Shown: piece by piece, positions 1 through 9,833 of the stretch
How the letters are laid out: each line of letters starts with the position of its first letter
How positions within the stretch are numbered: position 1 is the stretch's first letter
Origin: Candidatus Pelagibacter sp.
GTDB lineage: Bacteria > Pseudomonadota > Alphaproteobacteria > Paracaedibacterales > CAIOTO01
Assembly (NCBI GenBank): GCA_013823725.1
Contig: PNMQ01000004.1
Coordinates: 119,156 to 183,155 of the forward strand
Reading direction: 5' to 3'
Length of the DNA stretch: 64,000 bases
Made by a program: the position numbers and the translations under genes
Notes under the pieces: model-generated
What the model was told of the DNA's origin: nothing
Seen by the model: only the letters and a program-made list of their open reading frames with translations
The model's database searches: none

Positions 1-265
1 ATGAAAAAGGTTGATTCAAATGGGGCTTGAAAGACGAGAAATACGAATCCATTTTTTGCGCCTGGCTGCCACATATCCAAGATTGATTAAACTCATCAAA
101 TGCAACTACGGAAGGAATTAATTCTTCTTCATTTTTCAGTTGCAAGATCTCTATATTTTCTCTATCTTTGGCGAATGAAATAACAGTATGGGTTGTCCCA
201 AGATCTATCCCAATAGGTAGTATCTTGTTATTTTCTTTTGAACTCGTATTAATCTGAACTAACAT
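1..265 (-). CDS. hscA: Fe-S cluster chaperone HscA (Hsp70 family), N-terminal fragment; the gene runs off the left edge
   Basis: My own reverse-complement translation from the ATG at 265 gives MLVQINTSSKENNKILPIGIDLGTTHTVISFAKD. This contains the Hsp70 phosphate-1 motif GIDLGTT. The gene lies directly downstream of hscB, in canonical isc operon order. Confidence 0.7.
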   Translation of the reverse strand, partial: MLVQINTSSKENNKILPIGIDLGTTHTVISFAKDRENIEILQLKNEEELIPSVVAFDEFNQSWICGSQAQKMDSYFSSFKPHLNQPFS

Positions 266-280
266 TATTCTCTTAACTCA

Positions 281-934
281 TTATTGAAATTTTTTATTTT
301 TTTGTTTTGCAGACACTAAAGTTTTATATAAAAAGCACAGCTCTTGATATTGTTCAATAAGTTGACCTGCTGATTGCTCAAATATTTTTTGATCATAAAG
401 AATTTGAAATTTTTTCTCACCTTCTTCTATCAATAACGTCACTTTTTTAATGAGACTGAGCAGATCATCCTGACTATGGGTCTCTTCTAATTCATCTTTT
501 AATTCAAACATAAAAGCAAGCATCGATGAAGATTGCACTGTTTGTGTTAAAATTTTGTCTTTTGAAAAACCTGCACATTCCAGCATAATCTCTAATCGGC
601 AAAAAGGTTTATAAAGACAATCACATAAGTCATTTATTTTTTTACAAACTTGTGTGGCTTTTATTTTTTCAATATCTTCACTAAAGTTATCGGGATGATA
701 CCTTTTTTGATATTCAAAATAAACGTCTTCTACTTTTTCTAAATCTACATCTACCGAAATAGGTTGATTAAATAAATGAAAAGCAGAAACTGATTTTTGG
801 CATAAATCATTGTACACTTCATCAAGTTTAATATCTTGATTCAAAATATTAGATTCTGCTTTCTTTGTTGAATCAAACATGAAATGATTTTCCACACCCA
901 CAACGCCCTTTTTCGTTAGGATTTGTGAATTCAA
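281..934 (-). CDS. hscB: Co-chaperone HscB (J-domain protein)
   Basis: J-domain HPD motif (QKRYHPDNF), the expected size, and a position between iscA and hscA. The true start is probably the ATG at 880 (MFDSTKK...), which overlaps the iscA stop by only 8 nt. The track start at 934 would overlap iscA by 62 nt. Confidence 0.75.
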   Translation of the reverse strand: MNSQILTKKGVVGVENHFMFDSTKKAESNILNQDIKLDEVYNDLCQKSVSAFHLFNQPISVDVDLEKVEDVYFEYQKRYHPDNFSEDIEKIKATQVCKKINDLCDCLYKPFCRLEIMLECAGFSKDKILTQTVQSSSMLAFMFELKDELEETHSQDDLLSLIKKVTLLIEEGEKKFQILYDQKIFEQSAGQLIEQYQELCFLYKTLVSAKQKNKKFQ

Positions 935-1214
935 AACCGGATTCCATTTTATTATCGATGAAATCCATCGCCATACCTAATACATAAAACATCGATTTGG
1001 GGTCTACACAAAAAGTCACATCGTCAATTGTAAACTGTTCATCCATAAATTCTGGGTCTTTTACAAAACTAAGAGTATACGACAGTCCAGAACATCCTTT
1101 ACGATTAACACCTATCCTGACCCCACCTGGTATGGGGTCTTGCGTAGATATCAAAGATTTAATGCGATTCAACGCATTTTCCGAAACATGGATTGGAACT
1201 TTTTTCGTAGACAT
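873..1214 (-). CDS. iscA: Iron-sulfur cluster insertion protein IscA/ErpA family
   Basis: A-type carrier motifs: GCSGLSY and a C-terminal GRCGCGKSFHV. Lies within the isc operon. Confidence 0.85.
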   Translation of the reverse strand: MSTKKVPIHVSENALNRIKSLISTQDPIPGGVRIGVNRKGCSGLSYTLSFVKDPEFMDEQFTIDDVTFCVDPKSMFYVLGMAMDFIDNKMESGFEFTNPNEKGRCGCGKSFHV

Positions 1215-1224
1215 TTTTTTCCTG

Positions 1225-1635
1225 TTACAATTTTTCCGGTACTATTTCTGTTGGAATATCCTGTTTACTTCTGTAGTCATCAACAGCAGCCTTTATAGCA
1301 TCTTCTGCTAATACAGAACAATGAATTTTAACAGGTGGTAAACATAAATGCTCTGCTATTTCGATGTTTTTAATTTTTAAAGCATCTTCAATATGTTTGC
1401 CTTTAATCCATTCTGTAATAACAGAAGAGGACGCAATTGCTGATCCACATCCAAATGTTTTAAATTTTACATCTTCAATAACACCATCATCACTGACCTG
1501 AATTTGAAGACGCATAACATCTCCACATGCAGGTGCGCCCACTAAACCGGTACCTACTTTTGCACTGCTTTTATCAAGTGTTCCAACATTTTTTGGATTC
1601 TCGTAATGATCAATAACTTTTTCACTGTAAGCCAT
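1225..1635 (-). CDS. iscU: Fe-S cluster scaffold IscU
   Basis: Three conserved Cys contexts are present: GAPACGDVM, FKTFGCGSAIASSS and KIHCSVLAEDAIKAA. Confidence 0.95.
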   Translation of the reverse strand: MAYSEKVIDHYENPKNVGTLDKSSAKVGTGLVGAPACGDVMRLQIQVSDDGVIEDVKFKTFGCGSAIASSSVITEWIKGKHIEDALKIKNIEIAEHLCLPPVKIHCSVLAEDAIKAAVDDYRSKQDIPTEIVPEKL

Positions 1636-1657
1636 AATTTTTTCCTTCTTTCTAAAA

Positions 1658-2905
1658 TCAATGGGCTGCCCATTGAATATCTTTAATATTTATACCTTCT
1701 TGAGCCATTTCCCATAATGGGCTCATATCCCGTAATTTTTTCACAGCTTTAATCAGTTTCGCACAAGCAAATCTAATTTCGTCTTCTGTCGTAAAACGCC
1801 CCATACCAAAGCGTATCGACGTATGCGCCAATTCTTCTTCAACACCTAAAGCCCTTAAAACATAGGAAGGCTCAAGAGAAGAAGATGTACACGCAGATCC
1901 TGATGAAACCGCTAGTTCTTTAATACCCATCATAAGCCCTTCACCTTCAACATATGCAAAGCTTAAATTAAGACTTCCTGGGATTCGGCTTTGTTCATCA
2001 CCATTAAGGTAAACTTCGTCTAAATGTGCACGGATTTCTGATAACATCAGTTGCGTTAACGATTGAACTCTTTTAATTTCTGCATCCATTTCTAATCGTG
2101 CTATACGTGCAGCTTCACCTAAACCTGCACATAAAGCAGGGGATAATGTGCCAGATCTCATTCCTCGTTCTTGTCCACCGCCCGACAAAAGGTGATTCAA
2201 ACGAACACGAGGCTTACGTCTAACAAATAAAGCACCTACCCCCTTTGGACCGTACATTTTATGACCAGAAATGCTTAACAAATCGATATTCATTTCATTG
2301 ACATCAATAGGCATTTTTCCAGCAGCTTGCGCTGCATCTGTATGAAAGAACACATTATTTTGACGACAAAGAGCACCTATTTCTTTAACGGGTTGAATAA
2401 CACCGATTTCATTGTTTACCATCATAATCGACACAAGCAATGTATCCGATCTTATGGCATTTTTTAATATATTTAAATCGATTAAACCATTTTGATGAAC
2501 AGGTAAATAAGTAATTTCAAATCCTTGTTGCTCCAGTTGACGGCAGGATTCCAAAACACATTTATGTTCTGTAACACACGTTATAATATGACGCTTTTGA
2601 TCACCATAAAAACCAGCCAACCCCTTAATAGCAAGATTGTTAGATTCTGTAGCACCACTAGTGAAAATGACTTCTCTTTCATCAGCACCAATTAGCAATG
2701 CTAATTCTTTACGTGCATTTTCGACTGCTTCCTCAGCCATCCATCCAAAAGAATGATTTCTTGAATGAGGATTGCCAAAAATATCTGTAAAATACGGAAG
2801 CATCTTTTCAACCACTCTTGGATCGCAAGGCGTTGTAGACTGATAGTCTAAATAAATAAAATCATTAAGTATACTGGATCGATTTTTTAATTGTGATTCT
2901 GTCAT
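1658..2905 (-). CDS. iscS: Cysteine desulfurase IscS
   Basis: PLP-lysine motif [18 protein letters not shown], active-site loop [17 protein letters not shown], and C-terminal [11 protein letters not shown], all typical of IscS. Confidence 0.95.
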   Translation of the reverse strand: MTESQLKNRSSILNDFIYLDYQSTTPCDPRVVEKMLPYFTDIFGNPHSRNHSFGWMAEEAVENARKELALLIGADEREVIFTSGATESNNLAIKGLAGFYGDQKRHIITCVTEHKCVLESCRQLEQQGFEITYLPVHQNGLIDLNILKNAIRSDTLLVSIMMVNNEIGVIQPVKEIGALCRQNNVFFHTDAAQAAGKMPIDVNEMNIDLLSISGHKMYGPKGVGALFVRRKPRVRLNHLLSGGGQERGMRSGTLSPALCAGLGEAARIARLEMDAEIKRVQSLTQLMLSEIRAHLDEVYLNGDEQSRIPGSLNLSFAYVEGEGLMMGIKELAVSSGSACTSSSLEPSYVLRALGVEEELAHTSIRFGMGRFTTEDEIRFACAKLIKAVKKLRDMSPLWEMAQEGINIKDIQWAAH

Positions 2906-2926
2906 TTATAAACCTCTTTTTCTTTA

Positions 2927-4087
2927 TCAAACAATTGGACAGTTATTGTGAATAATTGCCCCAAATTTTTCTGCCATTTTACACCATACATGAAAGAACT
3001 GATTCAAATCATTATCGGAAACATATGGCCCCATACTAACTCGCAAAGACCCCATGCTTAAATGATCAGGAACTTTCATAGCTTTTAAAACATGTGAATC
3101 TTTTAAGCTTCCAGAAGAACACGCCGAACCTGCACTAACACCTATACTGTAAAGGTCCATAAAAACAACTTGTCTTTCAGATTTAACACCTGGCAAACAA
3201 ATCATAGTCGTGTTTTCAAGGCGGTCCACCTGATCTGATTCAAGATTTTTTCCAGCGATATAAACATCAGGACATACATCTAAAATCATTGATTCTAAAC
3301 GGTTTCTTTTAATGTCGACATCTTGCCATATAAGATTGTGTTGCTCTTCTATTGCCTTTTCTAAAGCCACAGCAAAACTAATTGCTCCAACAAGATTTTC
3401 CGTTCCTGCTCGTCTATATTGCTCTTGTCCACCACCTTTTAAAAAGGCTGGCAATTCCCAATTTTTCTTAATAACGCAACATCCAATGCCCCCAAAGCCA
3501 CCAATCTTATGTGCAGACAAAGCGCAAGAAGAGAACAAAGAAAAGTCGATTTTTCTTTTACCCAAAACTTGAACAGCGTCACAATGAAAATGGGTGTTAT
3601 ATTTTTTACACAGATTCGAAACTGCCTGAACATCCTGCACAACACCTGTTTCGTTATTAGCATGCATAATACAAACCAAAGATGGCCTAGATTGTTTTGA
3701 AAGCCAATTCTCTAAATCCCCTAGATCAATGCGGCCCCATGTATCCACACTTAAAATATCCACCGAAGGTTTTGCATTCAAGACCGAACTATGCTCTACC
3801 GAAGAAACCAATATCGGCCCATCAAAAGACTGAATAATGCTATTATTCACTTCCGTAGCACCGCTTGTGAAAATAATTTCGTAGTCTACTCTAGAGATCT
3901 CTAATAAATTAAATAAAATATCACGTGATGACTCTAATGCATATTTAGCTTTTCGACCCCAATCATGAATTGCCGAGGGATTCAAGGTATTCAAATCATG
4001 CATTTTTAGGTTCTCAAAACACTGTTTACGAACAGGAACCGAAGCATTGTAATCTAAATAAATGTAAGGACTAGAGCTACATATCAT
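2927..4087 (-). CDS. Second class V aminotransferase / NifS-like cysteine desulfurase
   Basis: SAHKIGGFGGIG (PLP Lys) and GSACSSGS (active Cys). The tandem arrangement with iscS is the pattern known from Rickettsiales-type isc operons. Confidence 0.85.
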   Translation of the reverse strand: MICSSSPYIYLDYNASVPVRKQCFENLKMHDLNTLNPSAIHDWGRKAKYALESSRDILFNLLEISRVDYEIIFTSGATEVNNSIIQSFDGPILVSSVEHSSVLNAKPSVDILSVDTWGRIDLGDLENWLSKQSRPSLVCIMHANNETGVVQDVQAVSNLCKKYNTHFHCDAVQVLGKRKIDFSLFSSCALSAHKIGGFGGIGCCVIKKNWELPAFLKGGGQEQYRRAGTENLVGAISFAVALEKAIEEQHNLIWQDVDIKRNRLESMILDVCPDVYIAGKNLESDQVDRLENTTMICLPGVKSERQVVFMDLYSIGVSAGSACSSGSLKDSHVLKAMKVPDHLSMGSLRVSMGPYVSDNDLNQFFHVWCKMAEKFGAIIHNNCPIV

Positions 4088-4605
4088 GATCTTAAACCAC
4101 CATACTCTAAATGACGCAATGAAAAATGCTCCAACATATGCTTAGAAAGATTTTGTTTTTCTTCCCTATTAATTTTAAAAAGTAAAGTATCTATTTTTTG
4201 GTCACACACATCTTTTAAAGAAATATTTTTCAAAAATGTTAATACCAGACTATCAAGATTGCGCCACAGACGATGTGTCAAACAATGAGACCCATGTTTC
4301 ACACATGGGAAATTCGAAGAAGAAACAGAACATCGCGTTGAAGGCTGAATACGTTCCATGCTTTCTATAATATCCAATATACAAATTTCAGAAGTATCAC
4401 GACTTAATGCGTATCCGCCATTAGATCCCCTAATACTTTTCACAATATTATTCCGTCTTAATTTTAAAAAAATTTGTTCTAGATATGGCAAAGGAAGATT
4501 TTGCTTTTCTGCAATAGCACTTAATGAAACTGGCTGATCAGATTCGTTTGATGCAATATCAACAAGTGCAATAATAGCATATTTAGATTTTGTGCCCAGT
4601 TTCAT
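4084..4605 (-). CDS. iscR: Rrf2-family transcriptional regulator, IscR-like
   Basis: N-terminal Rrf2 wHTH (MKLGTKSKYAIIALVDIA) and a Cys/His cluster-ligand region (RCSVSSSNFPCVKHGSHCLTH). It is the first gene of the isc operon and has a 4-nt overlap with the next gene. Confidence 0.8.
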   Translation of the reverse strand: MKLGTKSKYAIIALVDIASNESDQPVSLSAIAEKQNLPLPYLEQIFLKLRRNNIVKSIRGSNGGYALSRDTSEICILDIIESMERIQPSTRCSVSSSNFPCVKHGSHCLTHRLWRNLDSLVLTFLKNISLKDVCDQKIDTLLFKINREEKQNLSKHMLEHFSLRHLEYGGLRS

Positions 4606-4649
4606 TCAAAATAATATTTTTTAAATTCCTTATTACGGACTAGAATAAC

Positions 4650-4674
4650 AAACCCGACCAAATCAGTCAACTTT
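4650..4674 (-). promoter_or_regulatory. Candidate IscR type-1 operator upstream of iscR
   Basis: The minus strand reads AAAGTTGACTGATTTGGTCGGGTTT. By my alignment this matches the E. coli type-1 consensus ATASYYGACTRWWWYAGTCRRSTAT at 22 of 25 positions. It lies 45-69 nt upstream of the iscR ATG. Confidence 0.4.
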
Positions 4675-4713
4675 TTATTCATAAAGATTTTTCAAAGATC
4701 TTGATAAAATATA

Positions 4714-5691
4714 TTATTTTGATCGCTCGATAAACACATCGAGCATTTGACCAACAATAGGAACCACTTTCTGCTTTTTATCGGGTATAATTTTATAAAT
4801 AAGATCAATAATTCGGGTATCAACTTTTTCAGCATTATTACCGCTTATTTGTTTCTTAGATGATGCATAAGGCTCGTACCTAACAAACTCTAAAGCATAA
4901 GATATTTCTGAATTACCTCTTAAATACGCGCGAGCTTTAGCGCCTTCCTGATACATCCACATATCATTTTCATCTATTTGAATGCGTACATGCAAAGGAT
5001 TATGACTTCCCATAATTAGATTTTCACCTTGCATCGATTCATTAATGTATTCACCTTTTCGAATGTAAATTTTCAAAATCAGCCCATCAACGGGCGCCTT
5101 AACTGTATGCTTATCCAGTAAAATTTTAGACAAATTTAACCTATTCACAGCCTGGTCTAATTTACGTTTATGAAGATTTACATCGGCCAATGCTGTAACA
5201 AAATCTGATTCCGATTTTTTAAGATCAATTTCACTCTTGATACCCTTATTCAGCCTCTTATCCCTTTTATGAATTTCAAAAGCATACTGATAATACGCAT
5301 CGAAAGATTGGACTGTAAACTCTAATTCTTTGACACTATTCTCGTCTAGCTTGACTTGTTCTAATTGCTGTCTTTGATCCAAAACAAATAAAGGCTGATC
5401 TTTCTTTACTTCATCACCTTCTTTAACTAAAACATCACCTATAATGCCAGAAATAAAAGACCCAACATTAATATTGCGAGAACTACATTCAACAATTCCC
5501 AATCCTGAAATCCATGATTGATAAGGAGATGATGACGGAATATTCATTTGGTGATAAGGAATATCGGCTAATCGGCCTCTGTTAAAACTGAACACTATAG
5601 CAAAAAAAATTCCACAAGAGGCTGCCAAGAAAATAGGTTTTCTCAATAAAAACTGAACTATTTCATTTTGCATAAAATTTTTTAAATTCAT
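4714..5691 (-). CDS. HlyD-family periplasmic adaptor (membrane fusion protein) of an ABC exporter
   Basis: N-terminal TM anchor, lipoyl-like hairpin (GDVLVKEGDEVKKDQPLFVLD), a coiled-coil middle region, and a second hairpin half (VKAPVDGLILKI). Has a 4-nt overlap with the ATPase gene. Confidence 0.7.
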   Translation of the reverse strand: MNLKNFMQNEIVQFLLRKPIFLAASCGIFFAIVFSFNRGRLADIPYHQMNIPSSSPYQSWISGLGIVECSSRNINVGSFISGIIGDVLVKEGDEVKKDQPLFVLDQRQQLEQVKLDENSVKELEFTVQSFDAYYQYAFEIHKRDKRLNKGIKSEIDLKKSESDFVTALADVNLHKRKLDQAVNRLNLSKILLDKHTVKAPVDGLILKIYIRKGEYINESMQGENLIMGSHNPLHVRIQIDENDMWMYQEGAKARAYLRGNSEISYALEFVRYEPYASSKKQISGNNAEKVDTRIIDLIYKIIPDKKQKVVPIVGQMLDVFIERSK

Positions 5692-6389
5692 GAACTTCCT
5701 CTTTTTTCTTGCTTCAAAATTGTTCCATCGTTCATATAGGCGATACGATCTGCATAATCATATATGCGAGAATCATGCGTCACGATGACAAAAGTCGTTT
5801 TCGATTTCTTGTTAATTGCCTTCATTAAATCCATTATTTTTTGCCCTGTATCCAGATCTAAAGCACTGGTTGGTTCGTCACAAATAACAAGACTAGGATT
5901 ATGAATTAAAGACCTTGCAATAGCGATCCGTTGTTGCTGGCCACCTGACAATTGATTAATAGAAGAGAATGCCTTGTCTTTCAATCCAACATCATCTAGC
6001 ATTTTTAACACTTTTTCGTATGCCTCTTCAGCATTCACATTTTGAATGATCAAAGGAATCATAATATTTTCCATCACATTTAGTGTGGGAATTAAATTAA
6101 ACGACTGAAAAATAAATCCAACGTGCTTTGCTCTGAAAGCTAATATTTTTTCAGATGACACAGTATTTAAATCCAAACCTTGAACACTGCATACGCCTGA
6201 ATCTGGATGCATGATTCCTGCTAAAATAGAAATCAGTGTTGTTTTACCGCAACCCGATGGCCCTACCAACATCAACATCTCACCTTGATAAATATCAAGA
6301 TTAATATCGCGTAAAGCAACCACCTCTGACGAAAACGTTTTAAATGTTTTTCTTAAATTTTGACATTCTGCAATCTTATTCATGATCAA
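5688..6389 (-). CDS. ABC transporter ATP-binding protein (MacB/DevA/LolD-like)
   Basis: Walker A GPSGCGKTT, signature LSGGQQQRIAIARSL, Walker B VICDEPTSALD, and an H-loop THD. Confidence 0.9.
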   Translation of the reverse strand: MIMNKIAECQNLRKTFKTFSSEVVALRDINLDIYQGEMLMLVGPSGCGKTTLISILAGIMHPDSGVCSVQGLDLNTVSSEKILAFRAKHVGFIFQSFNLIPTLNVMENIMIPLIIQNVNAEEAYEKVLKMLDDVGLKDKAFSSINQLSGGQQQRIAIARSLIHNPSLVICDEPTSALDLDTGQKIMDLMKAINKKSKTTFVIVTHDSRIYDYADRIAYMNDGTILKQEKRGSS

Positions 6390-7540
6390 CTCCTAAACAC
6401 AATCGCAGGATCGACACTAATAACCCTTTTTATACCTAAATAAGCAGACAAACAAATAATAAAGAAAACTCCTAAAAATGAATAAAGTAACAGAATAGGT
6501 GGCATTCTAAAGGCCAAAACGGAATCATGAAATTTCATTCCAAATAAACTTGCCAAACCCACACCTATACCATAACCAATAATACCAACGGTAATTGCTT
6601 GCAAAATGACCATAAAGGATAAATTACGATTTTGAAGCCCCATAGCTTTTAAAACAGCATAATATTTTGTATTTTCATGAACGAAATTAAAAAAAGTTTG
6701 CCCAACAACGGCTATTCCAACCAAAAAACCTAAAGCAACAGAGATCCCAAAATTAATAGGAATTCCCGTACTTTTCATCCAATAATTTAAATTAACCTGA
6801 GCAAATTCTTCAGAAGAATACGCCTTTAAATCAGTTCGTTGCTGAATAGCATTGCATACATCTGGCAAGTATGCATCTGGCTTAAGCTTAATCAAAACAT
6901 AGGTTAAATATTTAGACGTAGGAGGAGCATACCTAACCGCTCTTGAATATAAGGTGTAAGCTTGGGGTTGCAATACAAAATTACGTGTCGATTTCACATA
7001 ACCCACAACCACTGCTCTTTTATCGTTGATTTCAATAACATCCCCTATCAACAACGGTCTAGTTTCTGTTTCAGAAATTTTAATGCGTAACCTACTATGT
7101 GCAGCTTCTTTGTCTACAAAAATCGCATCAGATCTTTTAAAATCTTGTAAAGACCCTTCTATTAAAAAGGGCGGAGCCCCTATTAAAGTGCCATCATCTA
7201 ATCCTGTCAAATCAAGGGTTTTCGTAGATCCGTCGGGCAAACGAGCTTTGGTTAAATTTTTATACATAGGCACAGCCCATGCAACCCCTGGAATACTTTT
7301 AATGCGCATCAATTCAATATCACGCATGGGTTTTGATTCTTCAACAAATTGAACGCCCTTATCCATTACCCAAATATCCGGCAAAGAAACATCACGAACA
7401 AAACTATAGGTACGAGACAGCAGTCCTACCAAAATAGATGGTTGTTGCGTCATAATTAAAGATGCAAAAGCAATACCAACAATCATGCTGACTAATTTAC
7501 TTTTATCTCCAAAAAGCATTTTCAAAGCTATAAGATGCAA
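6386..7540 (-). CDS. ABC transporter permease, FtsX/MacB-type (DevC-like)
   Basis: One N-terminal TM segment, a large periplasmic domain, then three C-terminal TM segments. Overlaps the ATPase gene by 4 nt. Confidence 0.75.
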   Translation of the reverse strand: MHLIALKMLFGDKSKLVSMIVGIAFASLIMTQQPSILVGLLSRTYSFVRDVSLPDIWVMDKGVQFVEESKPMRDIELMRIKSIPGVAWAVPMYKNLTKARLPDGSTKTLDLTGLDDGTLIGAPPFLIEGSLQDFKRSDAIFVDKEAAHSRLRIKISETETRPLLIGDVIEINDKRAVVVGYVKSTRNFVLQPQAYTLYSRAVRYAPPTSKYLTYVLIKLKPDAYLPDVCNAIQQRTDLKAYSSEEFAQVNLNYWMKSTGIPINFGISVALGFLVGIAVVGQTFFNFVHENTKYYAVLKAMGLQNRNLSFMVILQAITVGIIGYGIGVGLASLFGMKFHDSVLAFRMPPILLLYSFLGVFFIICLSAYLGIKRVISVDPAIVFRS

Positions 7541-7666
7541 AAATTAATCCACGATAAACAAAACAGTTTATTCATCTTAAACCATTTTTTTTTAAACTTT
7601 ATAAAAAATATTTTTTTATGATAAATTCTAAGTATTAAGAATTTAAATTTCAAAAAAGACAGCAAA

Positions 7667-8998
7667 ATGAAAACTAAAAAATTAATGTCCATGTTATTAT
7701 TTTTAAACCTCTCTATTATTTTTACTCATGAGACATCTGTTGCTAGCAACTTAAATACTTTACAAGAACGATTAGCGTTCGTAGATCTAGGGTCCATCCA
7801 AGAAACACAAGCTACTCAAGACCTGTATGATTCACTTGAAATAATACAATCTAGCGAGCCTTTATTAGCTTGTTTTTCGTATCTCAAAAATCTTGCTTTA
7901 TCTCATGCTGAAGAACGGCAAAATATGCCTCTGTACGCAGAATTCAGTAAAATCAAAACATCTTTTGATGAAGGTAAATTACCATCTGTTGAAAATGCCA
8001 ACTCTTTTTTTTGTGCACTCAATTATTTTGAAACAGCGGAATCCATCCAGGAATCTTCATATTCTGATCTTAAAAATGAAGAAAGAGGTTATTTTTATAC
8101 CTATGTAGGTGTCCTTAAATTATTCTTTAAAGAAATTGAAACAGCAACAAATTATCTTCTCGAAGCACGTCAACTTCTTCTTAGACAAAAACCTTTTAAT
8201 AGCCATAGGTGGGAAGCAAAATCAGCTGAAGATTTTTTTTTCAATAATGTAATTCAACCTTATTTTAATAATCTTTCCATCAAATCTTTAAACCCTTCAT
8301 TATCAGAACAAAAGCTTTGGCTTCATTTTTCACATCTAAACGATCGTGAATATAGATGTGCATCTCAATTTGAAATGGCACAATCTATGGCTAACACTAT
8401 TTTACAGTCTACACATTCTTTAGAGCATTTTTCAGATATTGAGTTATTTACAAAAATTCAAAATATTATCAGATTAAAAGATAAAACAAGAGAAGGCCCA
8501 ATTCCAACACAAGATTTGAAAATGTATATCAAAATCGTAGAACAAGTAACAAGCTTTCATCCCTTTCCAAAATTGTTCATCTATCGCCACCCAATGACTT
8601 TGCTGCAAGGAATTTTATTGCTGCAAAATACCGTTGCAAAATTAAGTCAGAAAAACCTATCAACACAAGATGAAGAAACCAGATATCTTGTTGATCAAAT
8701 AGGACCACTGAATGATTTACAACACGCATGGGCATCGAAAACCATTTCTTTCTACGTTAATGAAACAACAAGATCTCAATACAATGAGTTTTTAATCATG
8801 AGCAATTTAAGCCAAGCTGAGATTGATAGACTGAAACAAACTTTATCCATTGCTGCTTCACATTATCAGCTTGAAAACTCTGTTAATATTGAGGAAGCGC
8901 TGCCCAAAATATACAGACTAGCCCAAAGAACACAAAGTCTTGATTTTATATTTTCACATATTGCAGAGATATTTAAACGACAGAGAAATGACATTTAA
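7667..8998 (+). CDS. Hypothetical secreted all-helical protein (ORFan)
   Basis: A 443-aa uninterrupted ORF in an AT-rich genome with an N-terminal signal-like segment (MKTKKLMSMLLFLNLSIIFTHETSVA). I recognise no family motif. Confidence 0.55.
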   Translation: MKTKKLMSMLLFLNLSIIFTHETSVASNLNTLQERLAFVDLGSIQETQATQDLYDSLEIIQSSEPLLACFSYLKNLALSHAEERQNMPLYAEFSKIKTSFDEGKLPSVENANSFFCALNYFETAESIQESSYSDLKNEERGYFYTYVGVLKLFFKEIETATNYLLEARQLLLRQKPFNSHRWEAKSAEDFFFNNVIQPYFNNLSIKSLNPSLSEQKLWLHFSHLNDREYRCASQFEMAQSMANTILQSTHSLEHFSDIELFTKIQNIIRLKDKTREGPIPTQDLKMYIKIVEQVTSFHPFPKLFIYRHPMTLLQGILLLQNTVAKLSQKNLSTQDEETRYLVDQIGPLNDLQHAWASKTISFYVNETTRSQYNEFLIMSNLSQAEIDRLKQTLSIAASHYQLENSVNIEEALPKIYRLAQRTQSLDFIFSHIAEIFKRQRNDI

Positions 8999-9090
8999 AT
9001 CTTTTGTTGATCATGACACAAGTTTTTATTTTGTGTTTTTCCAAAAGTTATCTTAGGCTTAATTATAGTACTTTAAAAACAAGGAAACAC

Positions 9091-9804
9091 ATGAAAAAAG
9101 ATAGAATTTTATTAAACTTTCTAAAGACTACATTCATCATTTTGCTATCATTAAATATTGCAAAAACAACAACAAGCGATTCAAAAGACAAATTGCAAAT
9201 CACAAAAAAAGAAGGTGAAAAGTCGAAGAGGAAAAATAGAAAAAAACATACTTATGTTGAAAGACTAGAACATTTCAAATTGAACGATCTAAAAAAATTA
9301 CAGAAAAAACACGACAGTATTTTTGAATCTGTTGAAAAAAATGATATTCCAAAAGAATTAAAAGATCTTTACAAAATAAAACTAGAAATTGTTGCTAAAT
9401 TTATTACTTTAGCAAATGATACAACAGAGTCTGTGTTATTGTCTAAGTTAAGAAAATTAAAATCTGCCATGTTTCAAGATCTTTACTCCGTTGAAAACAA
9501 ATTAGATTTTAATAAATATCTCGCATATGTAGAATCCAGACTAACAAAGCAGAAAAAAAAATATACAGATCATCAGTCACACTATTCTGAAGAATCAAAA
9601 AAAATATTTTCTTTTCTTTTAGATAACGCCGAAAAAACATTAGATACCGTAAAGAAACCAACTGAATCTACAGAAAATGTTTCAAAAGAAACGAAAGAAG
9701 AAAGAGACATCTTACTTTTAAATCAAGCAGATGGACTTATCAAAGAAACTTATAATATTCCATGTTCTAAATGCCAAAAATCAAAACGCAGATCTAAAAA
9801 ATAA
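9091..9804 (+). CDS. Hypothetical Lys-rich coiled-coil protein with N-terminal signal/anchor
   Basis: The ATG at 9091 is preceded by AAGGAAA. The N-terminus MKKDRILLNFLKTTFIILLSLNIAKT is followed by a highly charged K/E-rich sequence ending in CSKCQKSKRRSKK. The track start at 9004 is probably an upstream extension. Confidence 0.5.
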   Translation: MKKDRILLNFLKTTFIILLSLNIAKTTTSDSKDKLQITKKEGEKSKRKNRKKHTYVERLEHFKLNDLKKLQKKHDSIFESVEKNDIPKELKDLYKIKLEIVAKFITLANDTTESVLLSKLRKLKSAMFQDLYSVENKLDFNKYLAYVESRLTKQKKKYTDHQSHYSEESKKIFSFLLDNAEKTLDTVKKPTESTENVSKETKEERDILLLNQADGLIKETYNIPCSKCQKSKRRSKK

Positions 9805-9833
9805 TACTAAAGAAGACTAAAGTTTGCTATACT

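Noticed and set aside
997-1311. A 104-aa plus-strand ORF overlapping iscA and iscU. Similar antisense or shadow ORFs occur throughout the track, e.g. 3312-3700, 7026-7352, 22917-23598, 25119-25352, 31012-31356, 33994-34653, 34847-35424, 37266-37485, 38757-40300, 41062-42042, 43694-43971, 46589-46814, 51174-51677, 54779-55923 and 60886-61080.
   Set aside because: Each lies entirely opposite to or inside a gene with strong family motifs. Their translations are low-complexity or hydrophobic noise typical of antisense frames, and none has a plausible RBS or known motif.
9004-9090. N-terminal extensions offered by the ORF track. These are 9004 for the Lys-rich protein, 934 for hscB, 21651 for mrp, 37062 for the GT-B-like gene, 35722 for the QN-rich protein, and 63975 as the start for hemA.
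   Set aside because: For five of them, internal ATGs with an RBS and/or without overlap of the upstream gene give sensible N-termini. For hemA, the reading frame clearly continues upstream of the listed Met with conserved ALAS sequence.
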